Origin: Hydrolagus colliei | Taxonomy: Eukaryota | DNA length: 64,000 nt | Assembly: GCA_035084275.1 (NCBI GenBank) | Contig: CM068749.1 | Location: forward strand, 16,182,001 to 16,246,000 | Direction: 5' to 3' | In this document: positions 26,833-38,202 of the stretch, piece after piece | Layout of the letters: the number at the start of each line of letters is the position of its first letter | Numbering within the stretch: position 1 is the stretch's first letter | Position numbers and translations under genes: made by a program | The notes under the pieces: model-generated | What the model was told of the DNA's origin: nothing | The model's database searches: none | The model's input: only the letters and a program-made list of their open reading frames with translations

Positions 26833-27346
26833 GTGTGCTTGATTACCTCTTCAAAACCATCATTAATGTACCTGGTAAAGGGCTTTTGTAGTGTAATTCT
26901 TAGGTTGCAAACCATGCAATGCTAATCCCAATCACATTGGTAATTGTAAAAGGGTTTCAAAATAATTTCAAAGTTAACATTGATGATCTTAATGCTCTAA
27001 AGATAGCAGAATTCTACCCTGGCTAAAAACTTGAGTTTTCCGTTTCTTAGTCATTTTATTAAATGAGGCATCCATATGGAAATAATTAATATTTTATTCA
27101 CAGCCATATTCTAGAATAGCAATGTCTGGAGTTAAAAAAAAACTTTAATATTCAAATGCTGTAAATGGATTTCAACTTGTTTTTTAAAATTGCTTCTGAT
27201 AATCTTAAATGATGAAAGTGAAATCTAGAGCTTTCAAAAGCAATTGTACATTGAAACATTTTGAACTTTTATCTGCTGTTTTGAACTTAACCAGAGTTGC
27301 TGCTTTATCAATTTTTTTTTGCTCTTTCCCTTATGCTTTCCTCTAG

Positions 27347-27398
27347 TGACCTACAGAGAGACAAGTATGGGAGTCAAACTTAACTTTGCCTATCAAAT
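27347..27398 (+). CDS. ADGRL2: ADGRL2 dual-donor alternative exon: 18-nt form 27347-27364 (VTYRET) or 52-nt frameshifting form (VTYRETSMGVKLNFAYQ)
   Basis: ctctag|TG acceptor; internal donor ACAA|gtatgg at 27365 and distal donor AAAT|gtaatt at 27399; resembles the latrophilin YRETSMGVKLNxAYQ segment. Confidence 0.85.
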
Positions 27399-28741
27399 GT
27401 AATTTTTTTTTCCAGCATGACATTTCTTTAAAAGAGGCAAAAAGAATAGATCACAAACATAACTGGCGGTCAAGAAGTAGACTCAGTGGGCAAGTGGTTC
27501 ACCGTGTGTTGTAAAGAGCTCTGGTGTCTCAGTTACAACACGGGCAGCATGAGAGAGCAATAGCACAGCTGACAGGATAAGGTTTACAGGCAGCTATTTT
27601 AAGAGGCCTAACATTTGAGCATGCTTGGTGCAAATTCAATTGGCAAGATACAATTTCATTTCAATTTCTTTGAATTAAAAAAAAATCCACAACTTAAAGC
27701 ATGCAGAATCTGTGCCTTATGTCCTGTGGACAGCCATCCCTGAATGAGCATCAGTTTCCTGACCGTTGATTAATTGTAGCCTGGTTTAGAGGGAACAATC
27801 TACTCATGATACGGCTCTTGCAGATACAAGCAAATGTGGCAAAACCCTTAACATAGCATCTGGACTGACCCGCCTCCCCCACCCCCAAAACACAAATTCT
27901 CGCAGTTATTTACGGGTGATGCTAAATTTTTGCAGTATTATTGAAGAGAACTGTTTCCTGCTGTCAGTACCAGCTCTTCTCCTCCTAGCCTTGCATACAA
28001 TGCAGCAGCCTCACAGTGGTCAGTTGCATTCTGCTCACACTGCTTCATTCTGTTTCCAGACACATTTGTCTCATTGGAGTGCGTCTCTTGTGATACATGA
28101 CCAAATAATGTGACTTCCCACAGCATGCTCTGCTCATCGCTTCACCTCATTTCTGTTTTGTTTTCTTTTCCCGTGATAAATGTTGCGTTAGCTGTTTTAC
28201 ATGTCTGTACTATAAAATAATTTTTTTAAATTTGTTTTAAAACATGTCACCATAAAATATCCATTTCTCCGAAAACTTCAAACCTCCTGCAGGCACGCTG
28301 AGTCTGTCATTCCTCCAGTAGCAGAAGATGTTAGCACTAGGTGACATCCTTTCCATTCCACAACTAACGTTTACTTTTCGACATTTTCTGTGACCATTCC
28401 TGGAAGAAATTTCTGACATTTCTTTTATTTTGACCTACAAGGCCATGGTTTCCATGGACCGATCTTTTCCTCTTGCAGCCTGAATGGGTTCATTCAGTGC
28501 TGTCACTGTGACTGATGCAGGCTGCTGGGCTGCAGGCAATCTTTGAACTTTTGAGGTCTCGGGGCAGCGACCAGCAAAAAATAAGTATTTTGCAATGTTT
28601 GCACACAAATTACATGTGGAGGAGGAAGAAAAAAAAATGCATTGATCTAATTTGCTGAACCCTTGCTCTGACTATTTGCTGAGATGTCGAGTGATCCTTC
28701 ATCATGTTACAATGATCATTGTACTTTCTTTTATATATCAG

Positions 28742-28793
28742 CTACTCTTAGACCAGATAGCCTGAGCAGACAGACTTGATGTGAGTTGTCCAA
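28742..28793 (+). CDS. ADGRL2: Putative ADGRL2 stop-containing cassette exon (ATLRPDSLSRQT* in phase 1; LLLDQIA* in phase 0)
   Basis: Acceptor tttcttttatatatcag|CT; two GTGAGT donors (28781, 28794); resembles the mammalian ADGRL2 truncating exon recalled as encoding LLLGQIA*. Confidence 0.6.
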
Positions 28794-29393
28794 GTGAGTC
28801 GTTCCACCCGCTGTCTATGGTGTTTTCGGATGATGCTTGTGGACCCGAATACTTGTAGCGTGAAGGATGACTGGCTGTGTTTGTCATGCTTACTTTGTAT
28901 TTGTCCATTTTTTCCATCCTTTATTTACCTCCATGATGTTTCACTAGAGAAGGACTGTTAAGTAGTTGCCTGCTAGTGTCTGGGTTTCCTTTGTACGTTG
29001 ATTTGCACCCACTTTGTGTAGATTGTATTTTTTTCCAATGTCAGATTTAAGGTTGTTCAGGACAAAACCCACTTTGTTTTGTCTTTTGCATATTGCATAA
29101 AATCCCGCAGTATCTATTGGTTCTGCATTAAATATGCAAGGGTGTGGAGTGTGAAAGCAATTGTACAGGTAAACACTGAAAATTTCCATCTTTCCCTTCA
29201 CCACAGATTAAAATATGAATTATTTAAATCATGAGGGCAAAGGGTTTTTTTCTTCTCTTTCAGATATTTTTATCCTGAACGCTGTACAAATTTTAGCATC
29301 ATCATTTTGTCCTGAACTACATTAAAGTTTTTCCTACTTGGAGAAAAATGCAAATTTACTGCTTGTATTGAAATGTCTCTCCTGTTGTTTCAG

Positions 29394-30151
29394 GCCATTC
29401 ACTGAACAACGCCAGGGATACAAGTGCAATGGATACTCTACCACTTAATGGAAACTTCAACAATAGCTACTCAATTCGAAATGGGGACTTCACTAATGAC
29501 AGCGTGCAGGTAGTTGACTGTGGTATGAGCCTGGGTGACACTGCTTTTGAAAAGATGATCATTTCTGAACTTGTGCACAACAATCTTCGAGGAGTAAACA
29601 AGAACCATAACATTGATCGCAACTTGCCAAACAAAGTGGTCGTTGGTGGTGGAAGCAGCAGCGAAGATGATGCCATCGTAGCAGATGCATCGTCTTTGGT
29701 GCACGGGGACAGCACTGGGGAACATCACCATAAAGAGCTTGAAGCCCCACTGATTCCTCAACGAACTCACTCTCTTCTGTACCATCAGCAGAAAAAAGTG
29801 AAGCTTGAAGCGAACGACCCTTATGTTGCTGAGCTTACAGTAGCGGTAGAAGATCACCTGCAATCCCCCAACAGAGACTCCCTTTACACTAGCATGCCCA
29901 ACCTGAGAGACTCTCCTTATCCAGAGAGTAGCCCAGAAGCTGAAGAAGACTTGTCGCCCTCCAAAAGGAGTGAAAATGAGGATGTTTACTACAAGAGCAT
30001 GCCCAATCTCGGTGCTGGCAACCAACTCCAGACATACTATCAAATCAGCAGGGGCAATAGTGATGGATATATTATTCCTATTAACAAGGAAGGATGTATT
30101 CCAGAAGGGGATGTGAGGGAAGGACAGATGCAGCTAGTAACAAGTCTGTAA
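29394..30151 (+). CDS. ADGRL2: ADGRL2 last coding exon ([27 protein letters not shown]...[10 protein letters not shown]), class I PDZ-binding motif VTSL
   Basis: ttcag|GC acceptor (phase 1), open frame to TAA at 30149-30151; matches the 240-aa ORF of the track. Confidence 0.97.
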
Positions 30152-30772
30152 AATGCACATGTTAAAATTTAAAAGGACCTTTGCAGGTACCCTCATATCT
30201 TATCTGAACGGACAGTGTACTAACTGACCTGTGGTGCTTTTACATTGTACAGGAAAATGGCTGGGACCTACCTGCAGTTCTGTGAGAGCTCATGAGAGAA
30301 GAACTCTGCAGATACACAGAAATGTATTGTTCATGGCAAAAAACTAAACAAGACAAATCATCAGTCTTCACACCCACATACACTGCTACAGATTTCAAGA
30401 ATGTAGTGGGAGAACTTCTGGCCATTCCAGTACACCAGTTTAAAACAAAGTTGTATATATAGTTGCATCTTGTTTTTTTTTCTCCCTCCCCCAGCCTTGC
30501 ATTATCTACAAGAGACAGGTCTCAGAACCCTGTGAAAGTTATCTATTGTACCTTAATACTCCTGGAGAGACTTTGTTGAAAGCAGGAAGAGCTTTGCATC
30601 ATTCTTCAGTTAACAACAGGTTGCCTCCATCCAGTTTACGAATAAGGAAACCTCTTCAATTACTAGCAGTCCAGCCACAGGCCTTATTCCTCACCTTTCC
30701 TCAGCTGTACAGTTGTCTGTTCTCACTGAGAATTGGCTAAAGAAAATATATTTTGTTGTATTGCTAGTGTAA

Positions 30773-30778
30773 AATAAA
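30773..30778 (+). terminator. Proximal polyadenylation signal AATAAA
   Basis: AATAAA hexamer with TGTA motifs just upstream. Confidence 0.45.
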
Positions 30779-31460
30779 CAAATACATGTCAAACCTAAAT
30801 ATAAATGATCTTTAAGAGAATTTAAAAAAAAATGAACTATTGTGTAAAGCTCTTGGTTGCACATATGATATAAACTGTGTTTTTTCTTTCTTAAACTTTG
30901 TTCATTGTGTAGATTTAAATAAGGAGCTTTCCCATTTCCAATTCATTTCTCCTATTCTTGTAAGCAGTGTTTTTTTTCCCCCTCTCTGATATAAGAATCA
31001 GGAATGCTGATCCAGCAGTTCTGATGTTTTTTAAAAAAATATTGGCCAAAAGAATTGTATCATTTATGCCGGAGAAAACTCCTACTGGAATCTTTACTAA
31101 GTAGTTAAGCCAATTATGCCATGCCGTGCACAATTTGGCGATATTAGGTTAATTTTCTTTTAATGTATTATACAGTACTTTGCGGGGGAATGGGAGAGGG
31201 CAAATGGCACTTGAAGTACCGTTGTAACAATCTTGTCCAGTTAATCAAAGAAGCAGTATGGTCTGTTGAACCGTGGATGTCACCTTACCATGTTTTATTC
31301 TGCCGACATCCTCAGAAATTTATTTATTTAGCACAGTCTAAAGCAGATCCAGATGGTTCCAGCACATGTTTGCTTCCATCATCCTTTTTGTGTATTCCTG
31401 TTAATACTGAAACCGCACCACTAATACCCGATGTACAATTTTAACACTTGTTTGACAGTA

Positions 31461-31466
31461 AATAAA
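31461..31466 (+). terminator. Distal polyadenylation signal AATAAA
   Basis: AATAAA preceded by TGTA (31432) and followed by T/GT-rich sequence (gggttttcttttg at ~31501). Confidence 0.6.
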
Positions 31467-31749
31467 TGTGCGAATTTTGCAAATAATCTGAAGCAGGCGA
31501 GGGTTTTCTTTTGAATGTATCAAATATGAACACATTTGTATTACTGCGGCTGTGTGTTCACCTTCTCCTTAAAGCACCTCTGATACCCCTGCTTTGTTAT
31601 GTTTATATGTGACACAAATGTAATTTGGGGATTAATTATGAGTCTAGTTTCCAAACACACATTGATCCAAAATGTACTTGTTTCTATGGTTCTATGAGTA
31701 AACTCTGGGTTTATGGTAAATGGGACTGAGATAATTGCCCTCAAAAGAG

Positions 31750-31809
31750 CAGGCTAAATGGCTAAAGCAGTAAGCTAAATGGCCTTCTTCTGTGCTGTAA
31801 ATTCTATGC
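31750..31809 (+). repeat. CR1 3'-terminal fragment
   Basis: gctaaatggccttcttctgtgctgtaaattctatg. Confidence 0.5.
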
Positions 31810-32230
31810 TGTCCTAAAATATCGTCTGCACGTTTCAAATTTTAGCCTTTAAATCTACTGTAAAGCTACATATTTTCATAGCAAATTAATTTTAGCGTTA
31901 TATGCCAATGGCCCATTAGGTTCAACATTTTAATTATGGCTGACAGTTTACATTACAATTATGTAATTACCATAACATTAAATGGGAGCCTATTAGTTTG
32001 ATTGAATATTTAGGTTAAAAAAAGTCAATTTTGTGGTTGTAAGCTAAATATTATTCATAATCAATATTTTGCATCTTATTATTTAAACTAAGTACATATA
32101 TTGTTTTGTCTCTGGATGATGGCCCCAATCTAGGTGAGGTGTGTAATGATTATCTATATTTTAAATTAGGAATGATACAAAGATGGTCCCGGGAAAAAAA
32201 TCCGAACTTGTTCCAGAGGACAGTCAAAGC

Positions 32231-32549
32231 CAGTGGTGGCCAACCTTTTTGGTCAGTCAACAAAATAAATTTTCAACATTGGCTATTTCTTGATTTACAT
32301 AAAATCAAGATATCAAGAAATATTCCATCAATAAACAAAATGGAAGCAAACTATTGATCGAACACAGACTTACCTAGATGAGGGCGAATATTCATCCGAC
32401 CTTTTTTTGTCAGGCCCAACATTTATGGTCAGCCAGAAAATAATTTTTGGGGGGGGGAATTTTCCCTCATTGATGGCCTCACCATGCGTATCACAGCTCA
32501 GAGCTACTGGAACTTTGCCTGGACTGGTGCGGGTTTTGACCACCCAATG
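32231..32549. mobile_element. Possible hAT-like MITE
   Basis: Left end CAGTGGTGGCCAACC and imperfect inverted right end ggttttgaccacccaatg, ~320 bp apart. Confidence 0.4.
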
Positions 32550-33520
32550 CTCCAAGCAGCAGATCTCAATTGACTGGTTGGAGATTCCTGTATTAGTTGT
32601 AATCGATTGTACATTAGATAGAAGAGATTTAAGATGAAGTTTAACAGATGGATGATTGCCAATGGCTCATTGAACAAACGGGCATATTATGGTACAGTGC
32701 TATTCTGTGCAGCCCAAGAAATATCCCAAGCTTAATCCTTGGTCATGTCAGAGCAGCAACGCATTTCACTGCCACACTGCTTTGTTCTACAGTTCCACCT
32801 TCTCTTTTCAAACTATGCAATTCAAAATTGTCATGTACCTGATACCAGAGCAAAGGACACAGAAATTACCAAATAATCACAACATAATTTGGTTGGAATT
32901 GAGTTGGATATAGTCATTTGTAGAAGAGCATATTTCTAAATTAGCATCAGGATTTGCTTCAGGTTTTCAGAAGAGTATAGGATGCAGTGTTGATTCACTT
33001 GTATTTTTCAACCATGGCGTATAACTCAGGTGCTGCCAATAAATTTGGACATGGTTGATGGCGCCTTTTGCTTTATAACACAGGAAATCTATTCTAAAGC
33101 ATCAACTTATTTCTAATGTATTGAAATCAATACTAATGGATTGGGGATGTTTTGATGTACTGAGCAATTTTGTTTCCACCAAGGATTCCAATTAAAACGC
33201 TTCATGTGCAATTATGAAGTACCAGGTAAATTGCTTTCCATTCCCTGTTCAATTTTCCTGCCTGCCTTTTCGGTAGGCACAAGCTTATGCTGAGGGATGA
33301 TTTTGCCCCATTGCCTAGTCTTAATGTACTATCCTGGGTAGGCACATTTTTTGACTATGGGTATCTTTACAGATTGGCATGCTCACATTTTCACCCAAAG
33401 CCATCACACAATCAATGCATTCACATTCTCACCTGACTCCTTCACATATAAACTCCCACTGCATAGTAAACGGGAGAAGGATTCCTTACTGATTTTCCAT
33501 CCTTTCTGTAGCCCATGACA

Positions 33521-33621
33521 CCCACAAAATATTACAGTCAATTCACTTTACAGTATTCTGTGCCGCGCTTTGAGACGTCTTGAAGATAAGGCACTATATC
33601 AAATGTAAGGATTATTATTAT
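33521..33621 (+). repeat. 3' fragment of the same SINE family
   Basis: cccacaaaatattacagtcaattcactttacagtattctgtg...gagacgtct...aaggattattatta. Confidence 0.8.
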
Positions 33622-35179
33622 GACATTGAAGTCAATTACAGCACGTCACCTGCCACTGCAGCTGATGCTAAGCACAGATGGGGGAAACAAATCTGGGACA
33701 TTTCTGATCTGTACAGATCAGATTCACTGCAGGCAGTGGCTTTACCGAGTAATTTGGTCTTCTGCATTTTAATTTCAAATGGCATATTCCCTTGTGAAAA
33801 TACTGTGTTACATGGGAGCATTAAACTGTGATGTTGCTGGAAATATTGCTTAGTTCTTATTGTTATGATCATCATAATCATTTAGCAAAGTAATGATTAT
33901 AGTCCCCAAACCTAATTAAAATGTTATCAATGGTTAAAGTTTCTGTAATTGTATGTATTACACAATATTTCAATTGCATTCCAAATTAAGCGAGTAAGCT
34001 AAATAAATATTTGTTTCATGTTAAATATAGTGCAGAATTATTAACTAAACTTCGAAGCAATCTTTGGATCTCAAGCTTTCCACTATTGCAAAGAATGGTA
34101 AAGGCCTTGGGTCTGCGGTTTGTACAGCTTTATTACCCAAATGTACAAGTGATTATTGCTCAAAGCTCAGTGATGAGGAAAATAGGTGTGGAGCAGAGTT
34201 CAGGTTCTGTATTAGTTAACATAGTAAATCTGTCAGAGTTTAGTGATCCAGGTTATGATACAACACAACAAATCATCGCTGTAAAATTTTAATTACAGTA
34301 ACAGCAAAAAGATTTACATCAGAGAGCTGAAACTCTTATTTAGAAAATTGTCTACTAAGCATCCATTTCTCTTCCATCCATCCAAAGCTATTAATCTTCA
34401 GGGGCATGGGTCTGCAGTCAGTTTTAATCAATCATTAATAATGGTCATTTACCTCCAGGAATCTACTGCTATGAATTGATCTTTATCCTTTTATCCATAT
34501 TTCAGTTGTATAAACCTTCCCACATCAAAATAATCAATACAATGTGCTCCTTTTATATTCTGCTTGTTTTTCTGTGATGACATTACGTTTGCACAGCAGT
34601 GTTGAAGTTGACAATGAAATACTCTGGATTAATTGTTACACCATTCACCACTTCCAAAAAACACAGTTAAGTGAGAAGTTTATCCTAATGATTCTAAACA
34701 TCTGAATTAATTTAATAGAAATTTTAGGACGTCAATTGCTTTGCAAAAAAGACTTATTTTGTGCTGCCAACCAGGCTGGACAGCCTAGGCTGTGAGGCTT
34801 TTATAGCTGCTGTCAGATACTTCTCGATCAATTGTGTGAATGTCCATCATTTCATTGAGACTAATCTTCTCATGTGTCGGTGCTCTGGGACACCATCCGG
34901 TGTGAAAGCAGATATAGAAATGTTAGTTGGCGTTGTTGTGTTTCCTCTACTCCTGTCAATTGCCAATTAGTGAAAATTTGTCTATAATGATTGCAGAGTT
35001 TTAAGGGATCAGTCGTATTCATTTAGTTCATGTCGCTAAGAATCTGTAGATTCTTTGATATTCATGCTCATTGGTTTACAAATACAACCTCGATATCAAT
35101 CATATCAAAATTTATCACTTTTTAAAAAAACTTCTCCATCCCATATACTTACCCATGAAAACCATGTGATGTTTGAAGA

Positions 35180-35685
35180 CCCTCCTCTCCAACTGTGCTT
35201 ATGGTCACCTATGACCACATCGCCGACTCCATTGGCTCCCCATCACCCAGAGGATTCAATTCAAGATCCTGTTCCTCACATTCAAAGCCCTCCGTGGCCT
35301 CGTCCCTCACTACCCCTATGACCTCCTAACCCCCTACCAACTTGCCCGCTTCCTCTGCTCAGCAGGCTATGGCCTGCTTCATGTCCCCCGACCCATGCGC
35401 CCACCGTTGGCAGGCGAGACTTCAGCCACTCTGCCTCTAACCTATGGAACTCCATCCCACAGTCCCTCTGCCTCTCCCCCACCCACCCCTAACTTCCTTC
35501 AAGTTCCTGCCTCAAGACCCTCCTCTTCGACGGTCCCTTTGGTCACCCCAATTACCCCCCCTTTCCCTCCATCTTCCCCCGTCCCTGACCCCAGCTCAGG
35601 TCTGAAACAATGAGTGTCCAGCGCCTTGGAACGTCCTCCTGACATGACAGGCGCTGTACAGGTATAATTTTCTTGTTATTGTTGT
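35180..35685 (+). mobile_element. L2-type LINE 3' fragment
   Basis: From 35227 translates LHWLPITQRIQFKILFLTFKALRGLVPHYPYDLL, the characteristic L2 ORF2 C-terminal motif; tail cagcgccttggaacg...ggcgctgtaca...ttgttg. Confidence 0.8.
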
Positions 35686-36449
35686 GCACATTTGTTTCAC
35701 CTGTGGATTTATGATACAGTATTTAGGAATTATTGCAACAATGCCCCTCAAACAAAGGTCACAGTTAGCATCAGGGATTACTGCTACTTCCATGGGTGGT
35801 ACTAGGAATTGTTGCACATGAGATATTTGAAAGAAACTAAAACTACCCTATAATTTCTTTTCTGGTTTGCGCTGCTTTATGTTAAGCCTATATCCACTGT
35901 TGTACTCAGCAAGCTGCATGCAATAATGGATTGAACTCACAAATAGAAAACTCACTGATTCTTCCTTGAACACAAACACAGTGCTCAATCTCTGTCCTTG
36001 TGTGCTTACTGTGAATGTTACAATTCGGTGTGCTCACTGGTATTTCCTCTTGTACTCTAGATACTGATTGTTTTTATATTTTCCTCTGTGCAGTTATATT
36101 TTGCTGGAGTATTGATTTATTTTCCTTTCCGTAATTTGTTCATTTTGCTTGCATACGTATTATCGGTCTTGCAACCGAGGACAAAATAATTACATTTTTC
36201 TTAACTTCATTTATTTTGATGTGCCACTGATTTCTGGTTGTCTAACCACATTATTAAAAATGATAACCTAATTGTAAAAGCAGGGTCATTAAAATCCTAT
36301 GCCTGAACTATTGCTTAATCTGTTGTCTCTAGCTAAACCCTTTGCTGAATATCGAAATATTCATTTGGCTATTCTATTTTTCTTCTTCTAGTAACAGTGA
36401 AACTCAGTTTAAATGTCACCCATTACTGTGATATGCTTTTTGTAGCTCA

Positions 36450-36830
36450 TTATATATGGCTTCCCGCCATCCCTCCCCCCCACCGCATGCTCCAACCTCT
36501 GTACATCAAATTCAAGATCCCTGTTCTTCCATTTAAATCCCTCCCCTTCCCTCACCCTACCCTACTTCTGCGGCCTCCTAAAATCCTCCCATCTTGCTGC
36601 ATCCTCCACTCAGCTGACATCGTCTGCTTTCTCCTGCCCAATCTGACCTCCACCCCAACTCTCTGGCACTCTGTCTGCATTCCTTCAGCCCATCCCTCCC
36701 CACCATAAATTCCACCTTAAACCTTTCATTTCTATCGCAATTTTGGTCACCATTCCTCCTTGCCTAGGTCAAGTCTCCCCACCTCAGCTCCCACTTGGCT
36801 CCATTAAGAGCCTTGAGACATCCTCCCAAT
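36450..36830 (+). mobile_element. Degraded L2-type LINE 3' fragment
   Basis: WLP...IKFKIPVLPFKSL remnant, C-rich body, agagccttgagacatcctccc tail. Confidence 0.6.
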
Positions 36831-38202
36831 GAGTTTGAATTGTTATTGGAATACAAACTCACTTGTGAGTCGACTTTCTGTCCTTATTAGTGAGTTTAGA
36901 CTGTTTCTTTTGCATTACCTTCCTACATGGAATATCATTTTTACTTTACTTTCATCTGTAACGCAAGCGTTGGGAGAAATCAAATTTGTAATTGGTGGAA
37001 GGTAAAAGCTCCCTAGTTCTGGCATTCTGGATTTGGGGCTTTTTTTTAAAGCACTTTGATTCAATGTCTAGCAGTGTAAATCTTTCTGCATCTCGGAGTT
37101 TGAATCAAGTGTGCAGCTCACTGATGTGAATGCCCTATTAATACTACATTCCCCCTGCAGAGATGCCATTCAGTTTGAATCAAGATGATCTGAACTGAAT
37201 GTGATCTCCCAGGGTTTAGGCTTAATTCTGCTCTGATTCAGTTCATATACCAGACGGTATTAACTTACCAGACTAATGCATTCATTGAGTTTTCCTTTCC
37301 TGCAGAAAAGGCTAGGAGACTAGGAGATTTGTATCTGTTGTTTACATCAGTCTGATGTGAATCTCCTGCTTTGTAGGTCAGGCCAACTCCAAGGTCAAGA
37401 GCTGAGAGATTTTATCACAAACTATTCATTGGGTTAAATAGCTTCACACTTTCTTATATTTGACCATTTTGATGCTAATCAGCTGTAAATTTGCAACTGT
37501 TTCAACGTGTGGTGTCTGTGAATTTATGTTTGTACATGCTGTCTTTATTCTGATCACCAAGATAGTACAGAGCTGATTCTGGGATCTGATTATTCAGTGG
37601 CAACTGGTGGTTTGTTATTGCTTTGTACTCTGTAATGTTCTGCAGTAAAGATGCCCATTAGGGCTATTATACAAAGTGCCCCAACCACAGATAAGTTTGC
37701 ATTGTGATACGACATCTGTGTGGCTTTAAATGGTCTTAGCTGCTTGATTCTGAGCCCCCCAAGGGAACAATGTAAAAGAAAAATTTCCAGCCTAAATATC
37801 TGTGATGTATTCATGGAACTGGGATAATGGAGAGGGGGTGGGAGAAGGGTGGTGACTACAAGAGGTTGACACATGAATAGCACCACATCAAGAATAAGGA
37901 CAAATGAGGTAAGTGAAACTGCAAAGAATATATTTGGAATATGAAGCTAGCTGTAACACCCTAACTGATCTCAGGACAGAGATGAAAGATGAAACCTTCC
38001 TGCTTTGTGTAACTTGGTAACAAATGGGGATAGTGTATTTACCCACTGAACTACCAGATGGGATGTACTCCAATGGATTAAAGCGTTTTCTAATGTATCG
38101 CATGCATGGGAAAGAGTTATACTAACTGTGCACACCATTTGCAGTTATATGACTTTGAATAATAGATTGCAAGACATACCATTATGGAAATGAAATGTTT
38201 TG

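Larger units (their letters stand above)
1..31490 (+). other. ADGRL2: ADGRL2 (latrophilin-2) gene, 3' portion; 5' exons lie upstream of the window
   Basis: Chain of phase-compatible GT-AG exons translating to GAIN/GPS/7TM/C-tail. Segments typical of ADGRL2 rather than its paralogues: [63 protein letters not shown]. The 3' end is placed near the distal AATAAA. Confidence 0.95.
30152..31490 (+). other. ADGRL2: ADGRL2 3'UTR (approximate end)
   Basis: AT-rich region after the stop, with no repeats that I could recognise, ending near AATAAA at 31461-31466. Confidence 0.7.

Noticed and set aside
29467-30043. Antisense ORFs (190 aa, 82 aa, 63 aa) over the last exon
   Set aside because: Shadow frames of the ADGRL2 coding sequence with no recognisable protein features
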